A stretch of 64,000 nucleotides of DNA from Octopus vulgaris (lineage: Eukaryota), in NCBI GenBank assembly GCA_951406725.2, contig OX597824.1, positions 84,754,001-84,818,000 of the forward strand, written 5' to 3'. The position numbers and the translations under genes are program-made. Shown here one piece after another: positions 13,238 to 24,852 of the stretch. Positions within the stretch are counted from its first letter, which is position 1, and each line of letters starts with the position of its first letter. The notes under the pieces are model-generated. The model saw only the letters and a program-made list of their open reading frames with translations. It was not told the origin of the DNA and searched no databases.

Positions 13238-13440
13238 ATATAAACAGGGCTAATTAAGCAGTTTCGAATCTTATCGGATTCTCATTACAGGCGTCTACAT
13301 CAATTTGATCAATTTCAGAGAAACAAGCAGTTAATCTATTTATATATTCAACAATTACAGAAAACTGGGACTTACCAATTTGCACACCGTAGGTGTTGTT
13401 GACCCGTTAACCCACAAATGAAATGCGCGCGCGCTTGTAT

Positions 13441-13482
<42 letters not shown>

Positions 13483-13611
13483 CATACATACACAACGCAC
13501 GCGCGCACTCACACCTTTTTTCAGTTATTCATTAGTCAGAAATAAAAGCATATTCAATGTAAACAACAGACCGGATATATTTATATCATCAAGTTATTTA
13601 TTACTACTTAT

Positions 13612-13650
<39 letters not shown>

Positions 13651-13653
<3 letters not shown>

Positions 13654-13845
13654 ACGCCATGATAGATCGTTAGCTCCTACGCGCATATTTTTCATTCCTT
13701 GTTTTTTTTCTGTGTATCTTTCTGTCGAAGAGCGTAGGCTCGAAACGTAAAAGACTTTTTCTATTCCTGAGCGCTATACTAATTCATTTGTATGTTTGTA
13801 CTCCACCTGCCTTCGTCTTTTGTTTATTTTCGTAAACTTTCCCTT
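13651..13845 (+). mobile_element. Short hammerhead-bearing element (family H1) inserted in (TA)n, Penelope-pLTR/retrozyme-like
   Basis: Homologous to the reverse complement of 58892-59076; (TA)n on both sides. Confidence 0.7.
13717..13754 (+). ncRNA. Minimal type I hammerhead ribozyme fold with variant core CUGUCGA
   Basis: TCTTT-CTGTCGA-A-GAGC-GTAG-GCTC-GAAAC-GTA-AAAGA: 5-bp stem I, 4-bp stem II, loopless stem III, GUA triplet. Activity untested. Confidence 0.65.
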
Positions 13846-14151
13846 TATATATATATATATATATGTACATATATATATATAATTAATTAATAAGGGTGAG
13901 AGAATTAGATACTAATTTAATAGTATATCTATTCAACACCAAGTGGCCTAGTGCTCCGAGAAACCTGGATTATTATAATATTTTATAACATATTATAATA
14001 TTTTTACAAAATAAATATAAGAGAGTGGTCACTATGTGGCTCACTCCAGCACCAGTTAATCAAAAGGTTTCAACCACGAAAATACATGTTTCCCATGAAA
14101 GTCAGTATATATATATAACTCGTTAGAATGTTACCGTTTATTTCAAACTGA

Positions 14152-14424
14152 ATGTTGCCACTAGGCAATACTGACGACTCTTCAAACATGGTTGCCAGAA
14201 GCGCAGAGCCTCTTTATCGCTAGAGACACACAGATTCGGTGGTGGGAGAAGGGTGAAACGAAATTTAGTGAAAAATATTTCTTCTCCAAAATATCTTTCA
14301 CTAGATTTCCATCTTTTCCCACCTCCGAATCAACCTAGAATCTGTGTCCCACCTAGCTCAAAAGAGGCTATGCATTTTCAAAAATCACCTCTGAAAATTC
14401 GTCAGTATTGTCCAGTGGTAATAT
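14152..14424. mobile_element. Decayed foldback/MITE, palindromic over its whole length
   Basis: Arm pairs CAATACTGACGA/TCGTCAGTATTG, AGCCTCTTT/AAAGAGGCT and TAGTGAAAAATATTT/AAATATCTTTCACTA, centred near 14284. Confidence 0.7.
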
Positions 14425-14458
14425 CTGGCACGAAACCGACGTTTACATCCTGACTAAT

Positions 14459-14459
<1 letters not shown>

Positions 14460-14494
<35 letters not shown>

Positions 14495-14786
14495 CTCGAG
14501 CCATGCCTGGCTCATAAGCGCCGGTTTCCCGGTTTCCTTGGCGTATAGGTTCCCCACCTGGACGGGACGCCGGTCTGTCACAGGTGAGCTGCAAGATGCA
14601 GGAAGAAAGAGTGAGAGAAAGTTGTGGCGAAAGAGTCAGCAGAAGTTCGCCATTACCTTTAGCCAGAGCCACATGGAGCTTAGGTTATTTCGCTCATAAA
14701 CACACACATCACCCGGTCTGAGATTCGAACCGGCGACCCCTCGACTGCGAGTCCGCTGCTCTAACTACTAGGTCATGTGCCTCCAC
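14460..14786 (-). mobile_element. SINE C (tail T1) with poly(A)
   Basis: Reverse complement of family C; ~30-nt T run; TSD CTGACTAATT at 14450-14459 and 14790-14799. Confidence 0.9.
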
Positions 14787-14823
14787 ATTCTGACTAATTA
14801 TATGCCATAACCAGTAATATATT

Positions 14824-15058
14824 TGTTTCTTTACTGCCCACAAGGGGCTAAACATAGAGAGGACAAACAGGGACAGACAAAGGGATTAAGTCGATTACAT
14901 CGATCCCAGTTCGTAACTGGTACTTTATTTATCGACCCCGAAAGGATGAAAGGCAAAGTCGGCCTCGGCGGAATTTGAACTCAGAACGTAGCGACGGACG
15001 AAATACTGCTAAGCATTTCGCCCGGCGCGCTAACGTTTCTGCCAGCTCGCCGCCTTCC
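14824..15058 (-). mobile_element. SINE B, full length
   Basis: 16-bp TSD TAACCAGTAATATATT at 14808-14823 and 15059-15074. Confidence 0.9.
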
Positions 15059-15271
15059 TAACCAGTAATATATTGTTTGATGATATATGTTGAATTTAAA
15101 ATTAAAGTTTAGGTTGGAGACTCTAAGGTGTAGTATCCAAACCCAGTTGTGGGGATGTCCCTTGGAGTGTGCCTGTAGAGCACGTTCACTGCTTGCGGCT
15201 ACCAGGCGTCACTCGGGTAGTGCACTCTGTCCTCCGTATTAATCATTTTGGATATGCGTGTGTGTATGTGT

Positions 15272-15304
<33 letters not shown>

Positions 15305-15541
15305 AGAAAGAGAGAGAGAGAGAGAGGATAAAGACTAAATGCGGATATTTGTATGCATTTAATACGCATGTATCTAGTGATTGCTTAAGATAATCCTTAT
15401 ATAACACAATCTTCTTCAGTCAAACATTCCAAAATATAAACCGTAAACAAAAATTTGCTCTATATATCGCGATTGTTAGGGTGGTCATAGAGAACCTAAT
15501 TTGAATATGTGTGTGTGTGTGTATGAGACTGTACGCACGCA

Positions 15542-15577
<36 letters not shown>

Positions 15578-15588
15578 TATATATATAT

Positions 15589-15766
15589 GGTTCAAATGTA
15601 CAAAAAATAAACCACAGGAGCAGTTGAGGGAACATCAAACAAGGTGTATTAGTTTGATGTTCTGGGAAAATAGGGCAGTCTTTGAAGCTTCGAGCGTTCG
15701 GTCTTTGACAGAAAGGAATTTGGAAAGAAAACAGTGAGAGAAAAAAAGACGGGTCTAGATTAATGC

Positions 15767-15770
<4 letters not shown>
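15589..15770 (-). mobile_element. Diverged H1-like hammerhead element between (TA)n tracts
   Basis: Minus strand of 15679-15716 reads CCTTT-CTGTCAA-A-GACC-GAAC-GCTC-GAAGC-TTC-AAAGA, a decayed H1 motif. Confidence 0.55.
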
Positions 15771-15845
<75 letters not shown>

Positions 15846-15849
<4 letters not shown>

Positions 15850-16556
15850 GTTGTCAAGAAAGTTCTTGCGGAATTTTTAAATTTCAAATTAATTTTCGCG
15901 TGAAATTACTTTGATTTTATATATCATTTTTAATGCCCGTTTTTCGCTCTATCTAATCGTGTTACTTGATGAATACAACATGGACAAAAAAATATTCGCA
16001 CAATTTTCTTATTCCAGTTCAAGCTAAGCCGAAAAGCTGCTGAAACAGCCCGCGATATCAACGATGCATTTGGCCCAGGAACCACTAATGAAGGTACAGC
16101 ACAATGGTGGTTCAAGAAATTTCGTTGTGGTGACGAGAGCCTTGAAGATGATAAGCGTAGTGGTCGGCCATCGGATGTTGACAACGATCAACTAAGAGCC
16201 TTAGTCGAAGCCAATTCACGCACAACTGTTCGGGAGCTTGCTTCTGAATTAGACGTAACGAGATTGGAAAAACAAAAATACTTGAGAAATGGGTGTCACA
16301 CGAATTGAACGTCAACGAAAATAAAAACAAAAACGCCGTTTTGAAGTGTCGTCTTCCCTTCTTTTACGCAACAAGAACGACCCGTTTCTCGACCGGATTA
16401 TGACTTGCGATGAAAAGTGGATTCTTTACGACAACTGGCGACGCTCAGCTTAGTAATTGGACGACGACGAGGCTCCACGGCATTTCCCGAAGCCAAGGTT
16501 GCACCAAAAGAAGGTCATGGTGACTGTTTGTGGTCTGCGGCCGGTCTCAAGCCATC

Positions 16557-16560
<4 letters not shown>
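15846..16560 (+). pseudogene. Mariner transposase pseudogene (Hsmar1/cecropia-like), 3'-truncated
   Basis: TIR TTAGGTTGTCAAGAAAGTTCTTGCGG; ATG at 15980; KAAETARDINDAFG..WWFKKFR..RSGRP, WVSHEL, PFLDRIMTCDEKWILYDN, HQKKVMVTV; frameshifts and stops; (TA)n on both sides. Confidence 0.92.
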
Positions 16561-16627
<67 letters not shown>

Positions 16628-18717
16628 TTGTTTAGAAAAACATAAAATTCGGAGTAGAAGCACACTCTAAGAAGTAGAACAGTCTATATTTATTACTGGT
16701 GACTTACTCTTGCCATGCGCTTGGGTGGATGGTAGACTGTTCGCTATTGTTTCAGTCTCCACGAGATCACAATAAAAGAGCTATTCATTGATACAAGGCC
16801 AGATAGAGTTATTGCTGTTAATCTCTGGTTGGCTGTAGTGTAGCCAAGAGAGACAAGAGTTGGGTGATCCGCTCCGGACGACGCTTTTAAGGGATCGGCA
16901 CATTTGAGTCTGCCGTATAAGCCGGCATTGGCTATGCCGCCGGGAAGGAAGAAGCAAACTCAAGGGCTTGCTAGAGTGGCACACACACACACTCTAGCTA
17001 CTCCACTTCTAGCTGAGTGGCTCTCCTTGTTTGAATGAGGATAAATCCTGTATGAACAAAGGGTGATGTAATTGTAAGCTTAGTCATGAAATCTATGATA
17101 CTGTGAATTCCCTTGTATGTGGGAAATAGGTGAGGCTGTACGTTCGTAGTTACATCCTCTGCAACGAGCACAGATCCTTCTGCTGCTTCGTAGCCTCTGT
17201 CATTCCTAATGCAGTTCTATTTGTGAGCGCCTGCACCTGCAGTGGCGAGGCAAACTACTTGATCGCGGAGAGATATGTCCGTTTTCGATGTATGAAGTAA
17301 TGTTGGTATCGCAGGTCACAAATGTGTTGTGGAGGACAAGGACGTAAAAACTTTCATAATCCTTTTCTCCAATTCATCCGATGTGACAGCGTTTTTATTT
17401 GGTGCCTGATTCAGTTGTACATTCGACAGAAATGATTGGATATTTGTTTCATTATGACACCTTTTAAGTTATTTTCTCGAAGCAGTAGTTGCAGTTTTCT
17501 CAGAAGCCGAGATGGCTTACAACTTTCAAATTTTTCTGAAATGTGATGTAGATTGATGATGAAATCTCTCCCATCTTGTGCTATTTCCAGTTGAAGTGAA
17601 CCGATATTGTATAGGGGAAAGTGCTATATATTGTGCGTGAAGCTGGGCTTCTAACTGTAAAAATCAGAGAGCCTGGTCGTTGGACCAAAAAGGAGATAGT
17701 TTGAAGTTTAGATCTGACTGCAAAAAAGCTAGGGTTGCTTGAGACTTCTTGATAGTAGCAGTAAGGTAGAACATAGCTTGAAAATTCTTAGTTTTTGTCG
17801 TATACGTAACTGTAACACAATGTAAGAAATCGCTATTGAGTCGGTTTTGTTTTTTGTTTTTTTATAGCAATGTGCTAACTGCAAGAGTAAATATAAAAAT
17901 CAGAAAAATTTTTGATCGAAAACTTTCGGTTCCAGTTGTAGACTCATTCGTCGCTGTTTAAACCACAAACAGTTGTCGAAACTTGGCGTCATCAAGAGTA
18001 CACCGGTTGAGGCCTCTTCTGATCTGGATGTTAAAGACTAGGCGATAATAATTGCACAGCACATGGTTTGTGAACGAGTGTTTGAAGTAGGGGTGAATTC
18101 AGATTAGAAGACAGTAGACACTGATTTACAGCACCAACTAAAGTTTATATAAAAGTGTTTGTAAGGATATTTTAAAAAGTCACTAGTTAATGTGTATAGA
18201 GATGTTCAGACATAACCAACTTGTAAAGTCAAAAATGCTTAGGTTCAGATAGTTGACAGCTTTAAAGATAGACGTAGATAGTGTTCGGATCTTTAAACCA
18301 GAGTTATTCTGTAAACGTCAAACAGGCAATCGCGTAGCTAGAGTTTGCCTCCCAGGGACAGACCCTGTGCTTGCCGCCCTCCTTCCCCGTTGTTTATCCC
18401 GCCTCCTGTACAGGCTTATTCAACAGATCCAAGCATCACCCTCCATAAAAGCATTACCAGGGACGGACCTTCAGCAGCTACACTAGTGCAAACACGGATG
18501 AAGGATAGAAAGAAATTAGGTCTATTTCGGTTGGGAGAACTCGGTTGAAGGTGTTGTGTAACGCTCAGAGATCTTTTTACAACTGTCGTTTCTGGCCAGA
18601 TATAATGTTGTCTTAATTTTAAGTTCTGAAGTTGTTTTATCAGTTACTGTAACTTAGAAACACCGTTTTGAATCAACTTAAAGGACTTTCATATCTCACT
18701 AAGCTTTTTCACTAAAT

Positions 18718-18977
18718 AAAATAAATAAATGCGCCCTTTTAAAGCCTAGCCAGGCTCATGCACCCGGTTTCCCGGTTTCAATGGCGTATGTGTTCCCCAG
18801 CTGGACGGGTCGCCAGTCCATCGCAGCGTTACTCATTCTTGCCAGCTGAGTGGACTGGAGCAACGTGAAATGAAGTGTTTTGCTCGAGAACACAACGTGC
18901 CGCCCGGTTCAGGAATCGAAACCACAATCTTACGATCATGATGCTGACACCCTAACCACTAAGCCACGCGCCTCCAC
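18718..18977 (-). mobile_element. SINE family D (tRNA head, CORE-like body) with T1-like tail
   Basis: TSD TTTTCACTAAAT at 18706-18717 and 18978-18989; (TTTA)n tail. Confidence 0.85.
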
Positions 18978-19756
18978 TTTTCACTAAATGGCGAACTTTA
19001 TTTACATCTGACAAATACGCTTTCATCAACTCCAATGATGAAACAGACACGACCGATTTGAACTGAACTGTTAATAACCGTTGTGTGCTGACAGAACGGT
19101 TATAACGCTGTCAGCTGCAATACTGTATTATGCTTTGTCAAATGTAAGTGATTTTGAAACGTCATTGACTTCCATTAACCGAGGGTTCCGGAAACGAAAA
19201 GGCGCCAGAAATGTTTAACAAGATCAGCTGTGTTTACTGTCAAATCACCGATGTTTTAATGTAGCATTACATACATTATGATTTTAAACACTATTTTAAT
19301 TTTTAACATAATATAATGATTTTAAAATTTCGTACAGTTACACATTTAGTGGAGAGTAGATACCGTCAATCGTGTGTTTACTGAACAGTTGTTCGTGGTC
19401 GCGCAAATTTACCGGTCTACGTATATTGTGGTTGTGTACGTAGGGGTCCCAGTGCAATGCTTTGCCCGGAGACAACGATATTATTAAGAGGGCCCCTGGA
19501 TGTAGTGTGATAAAATATATCAGTACTTATTCAGGGATTTTCTCACTATTATTATTTTCGACTCCAGAAGGATGAAACTTCAATTTGACAGCGAAATTAT
19601 GTATGTATTTGTGTGTGTATCAATGTATGTACGTATGTATGTATGTATGTATGTATGTATGTATGTATGTATGTATGTATGTATGTATGTATGTACATAC
19701 ATACATACATATATATATATATACATTATGAATGTATTTATACATATGTATACATA

Positions 19757-19796
<40 letters not shown>

Positions 19797-19901
19797 CATA
19801 CATATACACACATATATATATTTATGTATATATATATACATATGTATACATATACATATATATCTGTATGTGTGTGTTCGTATATATGTATACATATATT
19901 A

Positions 19902-20133
19902 TAGTGGGGTCGGTCAGTTTATGAGGTTACCCCGGGTTTCTCGCTCATAAGGGGTTTAGCCTTACGGCGTATCTTCGGAGCCCAAACACTGCTGGCTTGA
20001 GACCTCTTTAAAATATGGAGGGGGAAAATCCTCATTTTTAAAGGTAAACCCCTTTGTGATTATCTTGGAGTCTGAAGATACCCCTTATGAGCGAGAAACC
20101 CGGGGTGACCCCATAAACCAGATTACCCCACTG
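19902..20133. mobile_element. MITE with ~53-bp TIRs (hAT-like YAGTGGGG ends)
   Basis: ACCCCGGGTTTCTCGCTCATAAGGGG and CCCCTTATGAGCGAGAAACCCGGGGT are exact inverted copies; no clear TSD. Confidence 0.8.
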
Positions 20134-20609
20134 CTCTACATCTTAGAGTGTGCTTCTCCTCCGGAGAACTATCCTATGTATACATATATACAAACATGTA
20201 TGTATACATATATACATTACATACATGAATACACCACACACACACATACAAACGTATGATAAGACAATAACAAACAATATACTATCAAATTACTTATCTT
20301 TAGTTTGAACCTACCTTGATTTCGACGCATGTTTTGACCCGTATCCAGTTAGTTTAAATTCAACAGATTAAGTTCATTCATCCTAACTTGAGCTTAGTTT
20401 GTCTCATCTGGTACTTTCGAATGTGTTTTATATAAGGAACACATCTACTATTAAACGGACACGTTTTAAAGAAATGACGATAACAAAAAAAGTGTTACTT
20501 CCAACAGAGACAGTAAACTGCCGCCATCTCGTTTTGTCTCCACTTCCGTTATTTCTCTCCTCTCCCTCCTGCCCTCTCCCTCTCTTATATATATATATAT
20601 ATATATATC

Positions 20610-20641
<32 letters not shown>

Positions 20642-20853
20642 TGCACACATACGCACGCACACACACACACACACGTACACACAGACCTCTCTCTCTCCAC
20701 CTCTCTCTCACCTCCCCCCCCTCTCTTCCCCCTCTCTTCCCCCTCTCTCTCTATATATATATGCATATATATACGTATATTATACACATACTCATATATG
20801 TGTGTGTATAATATGTGTGCATATATATATATATATAAATACATATATATATT

Positions 20854-20897
<44 letters not shown>

Positions 20898-21011
20898 TAT
20901 ATATATATACACACGCACACATACACGCATATATGTGTGCGCATGCTGAATATCTCTCTCTCTATATATAATATGTATATACATGTATGTGCGTGCGTAT
21001 ATACACGTGTG

Positions 21012-21057
<46 letters not shown>

Positions 21058-21424
21058 TGTATGTATGTATGTATGTATGTATATTCTACGTATATATGAT
21101 GCTTTTCTCCCTCTGTCTTTCCTTTCCCCTCTCTCTATCCGAGGAATTTATAGGAGTGGATTTCCGACAGACGAAAGGAGTGGGAGTTTTATTGTTTTAT
21201 TGTTTTGTTTTTTTTTTAGTTTTTGAAATGAGCTTCGCACAGCTGCGTCGGTAGAATCAGTCGTTACAACAAGCGATTGGTCAGCTCTTGCCGTTAACTG
21301 TGGGCATTATTATGGGGAGAAAGGATAACAGTTATTCCTTTCTTGGGGTTCTCTATACGCGCCAAAATACCTGATCCAAGATACAAACCTGCCTTACATC
21401 GTACTATGCTGAATATATTACACT

Positions 21425-21855
21425 TTTACTCATTTACTTGTTTCAGTCATTTGACTTCAGTCGAGCAAATCGACCCCAGAGTTTATTCTTTGTAAGCCTA
21501 GTACTTATTCTATCGGTCTCTTTTGCCGAACCGCTAAGTTACGGGGACGTAAATACACCACCATCGGTTGTCAAGCGATGTTGGGGAGACAAACACAGAC
21601 ACACAAACATATATATATATACATATATATATATACATATATACAACAGGCTTCTTTCAGTTTCTGTCTACCAAATCCACTCACACATATTATATACGAC
21701 GGGCTTCTTTCAGTTTCCGTCCGCCAAATCCACTCACAAGGCTTTAGTCGGCCCGAGGCTATAGCAGAAGACACTTACCCAAGGTGCCACGCAGTGGGAC
21801 TGAACCTGGAACCATGTGGTTCGGAAGCAAGCTTCTTATCACACAGCCACTCCTG
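21425..21855 (-). mobile_element. SINE A with an internal ~50-bp duplication
   Basis: The GGCTTCTTTCAGTTTC..CAAATCCACTCACA block occurs twice (~21650 and ~21702). Confidence 0.88.
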
Positions 21856-21867
21856 TGAAAAATATAG

Positions 21868-21968
21868 AAAAATATAGAACACTTCGCGAATTTGCGTGTC
21901 ATCCTTGCACAGATGTCATGCTAATCTTCTCTGTATTGTTCCAATTTTAGAATGTGTACCGCCGTAGC
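21868..21968 (-). pseudogene. U6 snRNA retro-pseudogene, near full length
   Basis: Minus strand matches U6 over ~101 nt (CTAAAATTGGAAC..TACAGAGAAGATTAGCATG..GCAAGGATGACACGCAAATTCG..TATTTTT) with about a dozen substitutions. ACAGAGA and AGC are intact, the ISL is mutated and the first ~6 nt are missing. Confidence 0.95.
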
Positions 21969-22037
21969 TATAATTCGACATCTGCAGTAACAGCTGCAAC
22001 CATAGAAGCACCACCAACAAAATCAGCAACAGCAACA

Positions 22038-22453
22038 GTGGAGGCGCAATGGCCCAATGGTTAGTGCAGCGAACTCGCGGTCGGAGGATCGCGGTTTCGA
22101 TTCTCAGACCGGGTGTTGTGTGTGTTTATTGAGCGAAAGCACCTAAAGCTCCACGAGGCTCAGGCAGGGGGTGGTGGCGACCCCTGTTGTACTCTTTCGC
22201 TCCAACTTTCTCTCACTCTTTTTTCCTGTTTCTTGTCCCCGACTTCCTACGCAACCGCTGAGCCTGGATGCGCATTCATCCATCCGTCGATGCTCTCGGT
22301 GTCGGGGGTTGACCTGCTTTCTCTTCTGCGGGTCTTACGAATAGCAAAGGACCACGTTTCGGACTTCTCCCACTACAGACAATCCTGAGGCGCGATCTTG
22401 CGAGCTCTGGGACGAAGACCGCAACGCTTAACAAACAAACAAACAAACAAACA
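22038..22453 (+). mobile_element. SINE C' head/body with a distinct tail T3 ending in (AAAC)n
   Basis: Head matches the 37429 and 44798 copies; 13-bp TSD AGCAACAGCAACA at 22025-22037 and 22454-22466. Confidence 0.85.
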
Positions 22454-22715
22454 AGCAACAGCAACAACAATAGCAACAACAATAGCAACAGAAACCATCA
22501 CAACAGTAGTTTTGGAAACAAATCTTACGACACAGAAGCTCAGTTCGCCACTGCAATAACCAAAAGAAGCCCTCCCAACTTCACAAAGTCATTAAAACAA
22601 AGGCATTCACTTACCCATGTCTATAAGTGGACGCATCCACTTATATACTTTGCGGTTTCTATTGTATTGAAAGCACTTTAGGTTATATATGTGCGATACA
22701 ATATAGTGCTGTTTC

Positions 22716-23014
22716 TTATTTCTTTATTGCCCACAAAGGGGCTAAACACAGAGGGGACAAACAAGGCAGACATATGTATTAAGTCGATTACATCGACCCC
22801 AGTGCGTAACTGTACTTATTTAATCGACCCCGAAAGGACGAAAGGCAAAGTCGGCCTTGGCAGAATTCTGAGTTCAAATTCTGCCAAGGTCGACTTTGCC
22901 TTTCATCCTTTCGGGGTCGATTAAACAAGTACCAGTTACGCACTGGGGTCGATATCATCGACTTAATACCTATGTCTGCCTTGTTTGTCCCCTCTGTGTT
23001 TAGCCCCTTGTGGG
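22716..23014. repeat. Head-to-head SINE B palindrome (~138-bp arms, ~9-nt loop)
   Basis: 22730-22867 is a near-perfect reverse complement of 22877-23014. Confidence 0.92.
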
Positions 23015-23423
23015 TGCGGATGTAAAGATATATTCGTTAATTTATATTCCTTGAAAACATTTTAAAATAAAGATAAATTGTTATAATCCTTTTTGTGTGG
23101 CGAATATTACGATGCGAAGCCGAGATAGTTTTCCGCTTTATTTATTCGATTTTTCTTTTGTCGGTTTTTTTTTCTTTGCATCTGCGCTTTGTCCTTGGAA
23201 TAAGGATTTCAAATAAGCAGAGCTAGAATCGTGTGAGATACGGGATGATTTCATTTCTAGATGAGTCATGCGAGAGGTTATAGATATTGCTCCAGGATAA
23301 GTGGTCGCTGAGTGTGTGCGTGCTTGCTTGCAAATTTCCTCTTTGACATGCAAACAGATCTTTTGTTGTGCAAATTATTATTAGACGTAACTCAGTTTCT
23401 TTCTTTCTTTTCTCTTTTTTTTT

Positions 23424-23825
23424 TGTTTCGCTCATTTGACTGCGCCCATGCTGGAGCACCGCCTATAGTCGAACAAATCGACACCAGGGCTTATTCCTTG
23501 TCAGTCTAGTACTTATTTTATCAGTCTCTTTTAAGATGGTGGTGTGTTTTCGAGGAACACGCCACCATCGGTTGCCAAACGATGCTGGAGGGTCAAACAC
23601 AGACACACATAGACATACAAACACACAAACTCACACGCACACACACACACACACAAACACACATAAATATATATATATATATATATACGACGGGCTTCTT
23701 TCTGTTTCCGTCTACCAAATCCACTCACAAGGCTTTGGTCGACTCGATGCTACAGTAGAAGACACTTGCCCAAGGTGTCATGCAGTGGGACTGAACCCGG
23801 AACCATGTAGTTCGTAAGCAAGCAT
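23424..23825 (-). mobile_element. SINE A
   Basis: Reverse complement match to family A with internal (CA)n(TA)n. Confidence 0.85.
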
Positions 23826-24656
23826 CATGTTGAAAGTTTTATAGTAAAATGTTAAAAAAAAATTCAAAAAAAGTCCCGTAACATTTAATTCATTTTTTGT
23901 TGTTTCTAAATTCAGTCACGTAGCTTTATTATAATCTAACTACTAAGCTTTAAAAAAATCGTTCCAGTGGAACAATTATACCTTTTATATATATCACCAA
24001 ATTTCACTTCACAAAACGAAAATGCAATTGCTTCGAACCATAGCACACGTAGCAGAAGGAATGTTCAAATGATAGATCAATTCAAGTGTCCAGTGGATAA
24101 TATGAATTTGTAGTGACTTGAAATGGCGGCTGTGTAAGTGAGCCAGTGTGTGTAGGCGTAAACTGTGAAACCAGCTGTTCACATAACAGTAGTTATTGAA
24201 TTTTTAATCATTTTGAGATCATATAATACTCAATTTTACTCAAGATTATGTGTTATCAGCGGTCAATAAACAAACAAATTTCCGTTTTATAAGTATTATA
24301 GATAAACATAAATAGGTAGATACCTTATATATATATATATATAACACCAAACTTCACAAAATGAAAATACCATTGATTCGAATCGTAGCACATGTAACGC
24401 AAGGAGTGTTCAAATAGTTGATCGATTCAAAAAGTGCTTATCTGTAATTTCGAGAGACCCTTCCCTCCTCGTCAGGCGTGGAGGGAAGAGTCTCTTTTCA
24501 GAAAAATGATTCGTTAACGAGTGAGTCGGATGTGAGATCGGTTGAAAACAAGCAAAAAAAAAAAAACTAACAAAGAAAAGAAAAAAATCTGAGGCTTCCT
24601 CTTCCTCACCCCCAAGCAGCTTTCAGGGGGTAAAAAAGCATGTCAGAGGTCAGATT

Positions 24657-24852
24657 CCGAGTTCGATTCCAAGCAGTGATCTGAACAATAACAATAATAA
24701 TAATAATAACATCGAAAAATACCTTAAGAATGAGAACCCAGGTTCGAAATTTCCCCCAAGACACATGAAGAAGGCCGGAGGGTATATTAGCCGAAACGTT
24801 GTGTTAACAACAAACAAGATGAGAACAAATATCCGTCGAATGTAAATAATGT
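24657..24852 (+). mobile_element. Family H2: retroposed element with B-box, (AAT)n and hammerhead-like 3' region
   Basis: 12-bp TSD AGAGGTCAGATT at 24645-24656 and 24853-24864; begins CCGAGTTCGATTCC; hammerhead fold at 24760-24805 with C3>A; homologous to 42931-43130. Confidence 0.8.

Noticed and set aside
21868-21968. Functional U6 gene
   Set aside because: The 5' end is missing, the ISL is mutated and no upstream TATA/PSE is evident.
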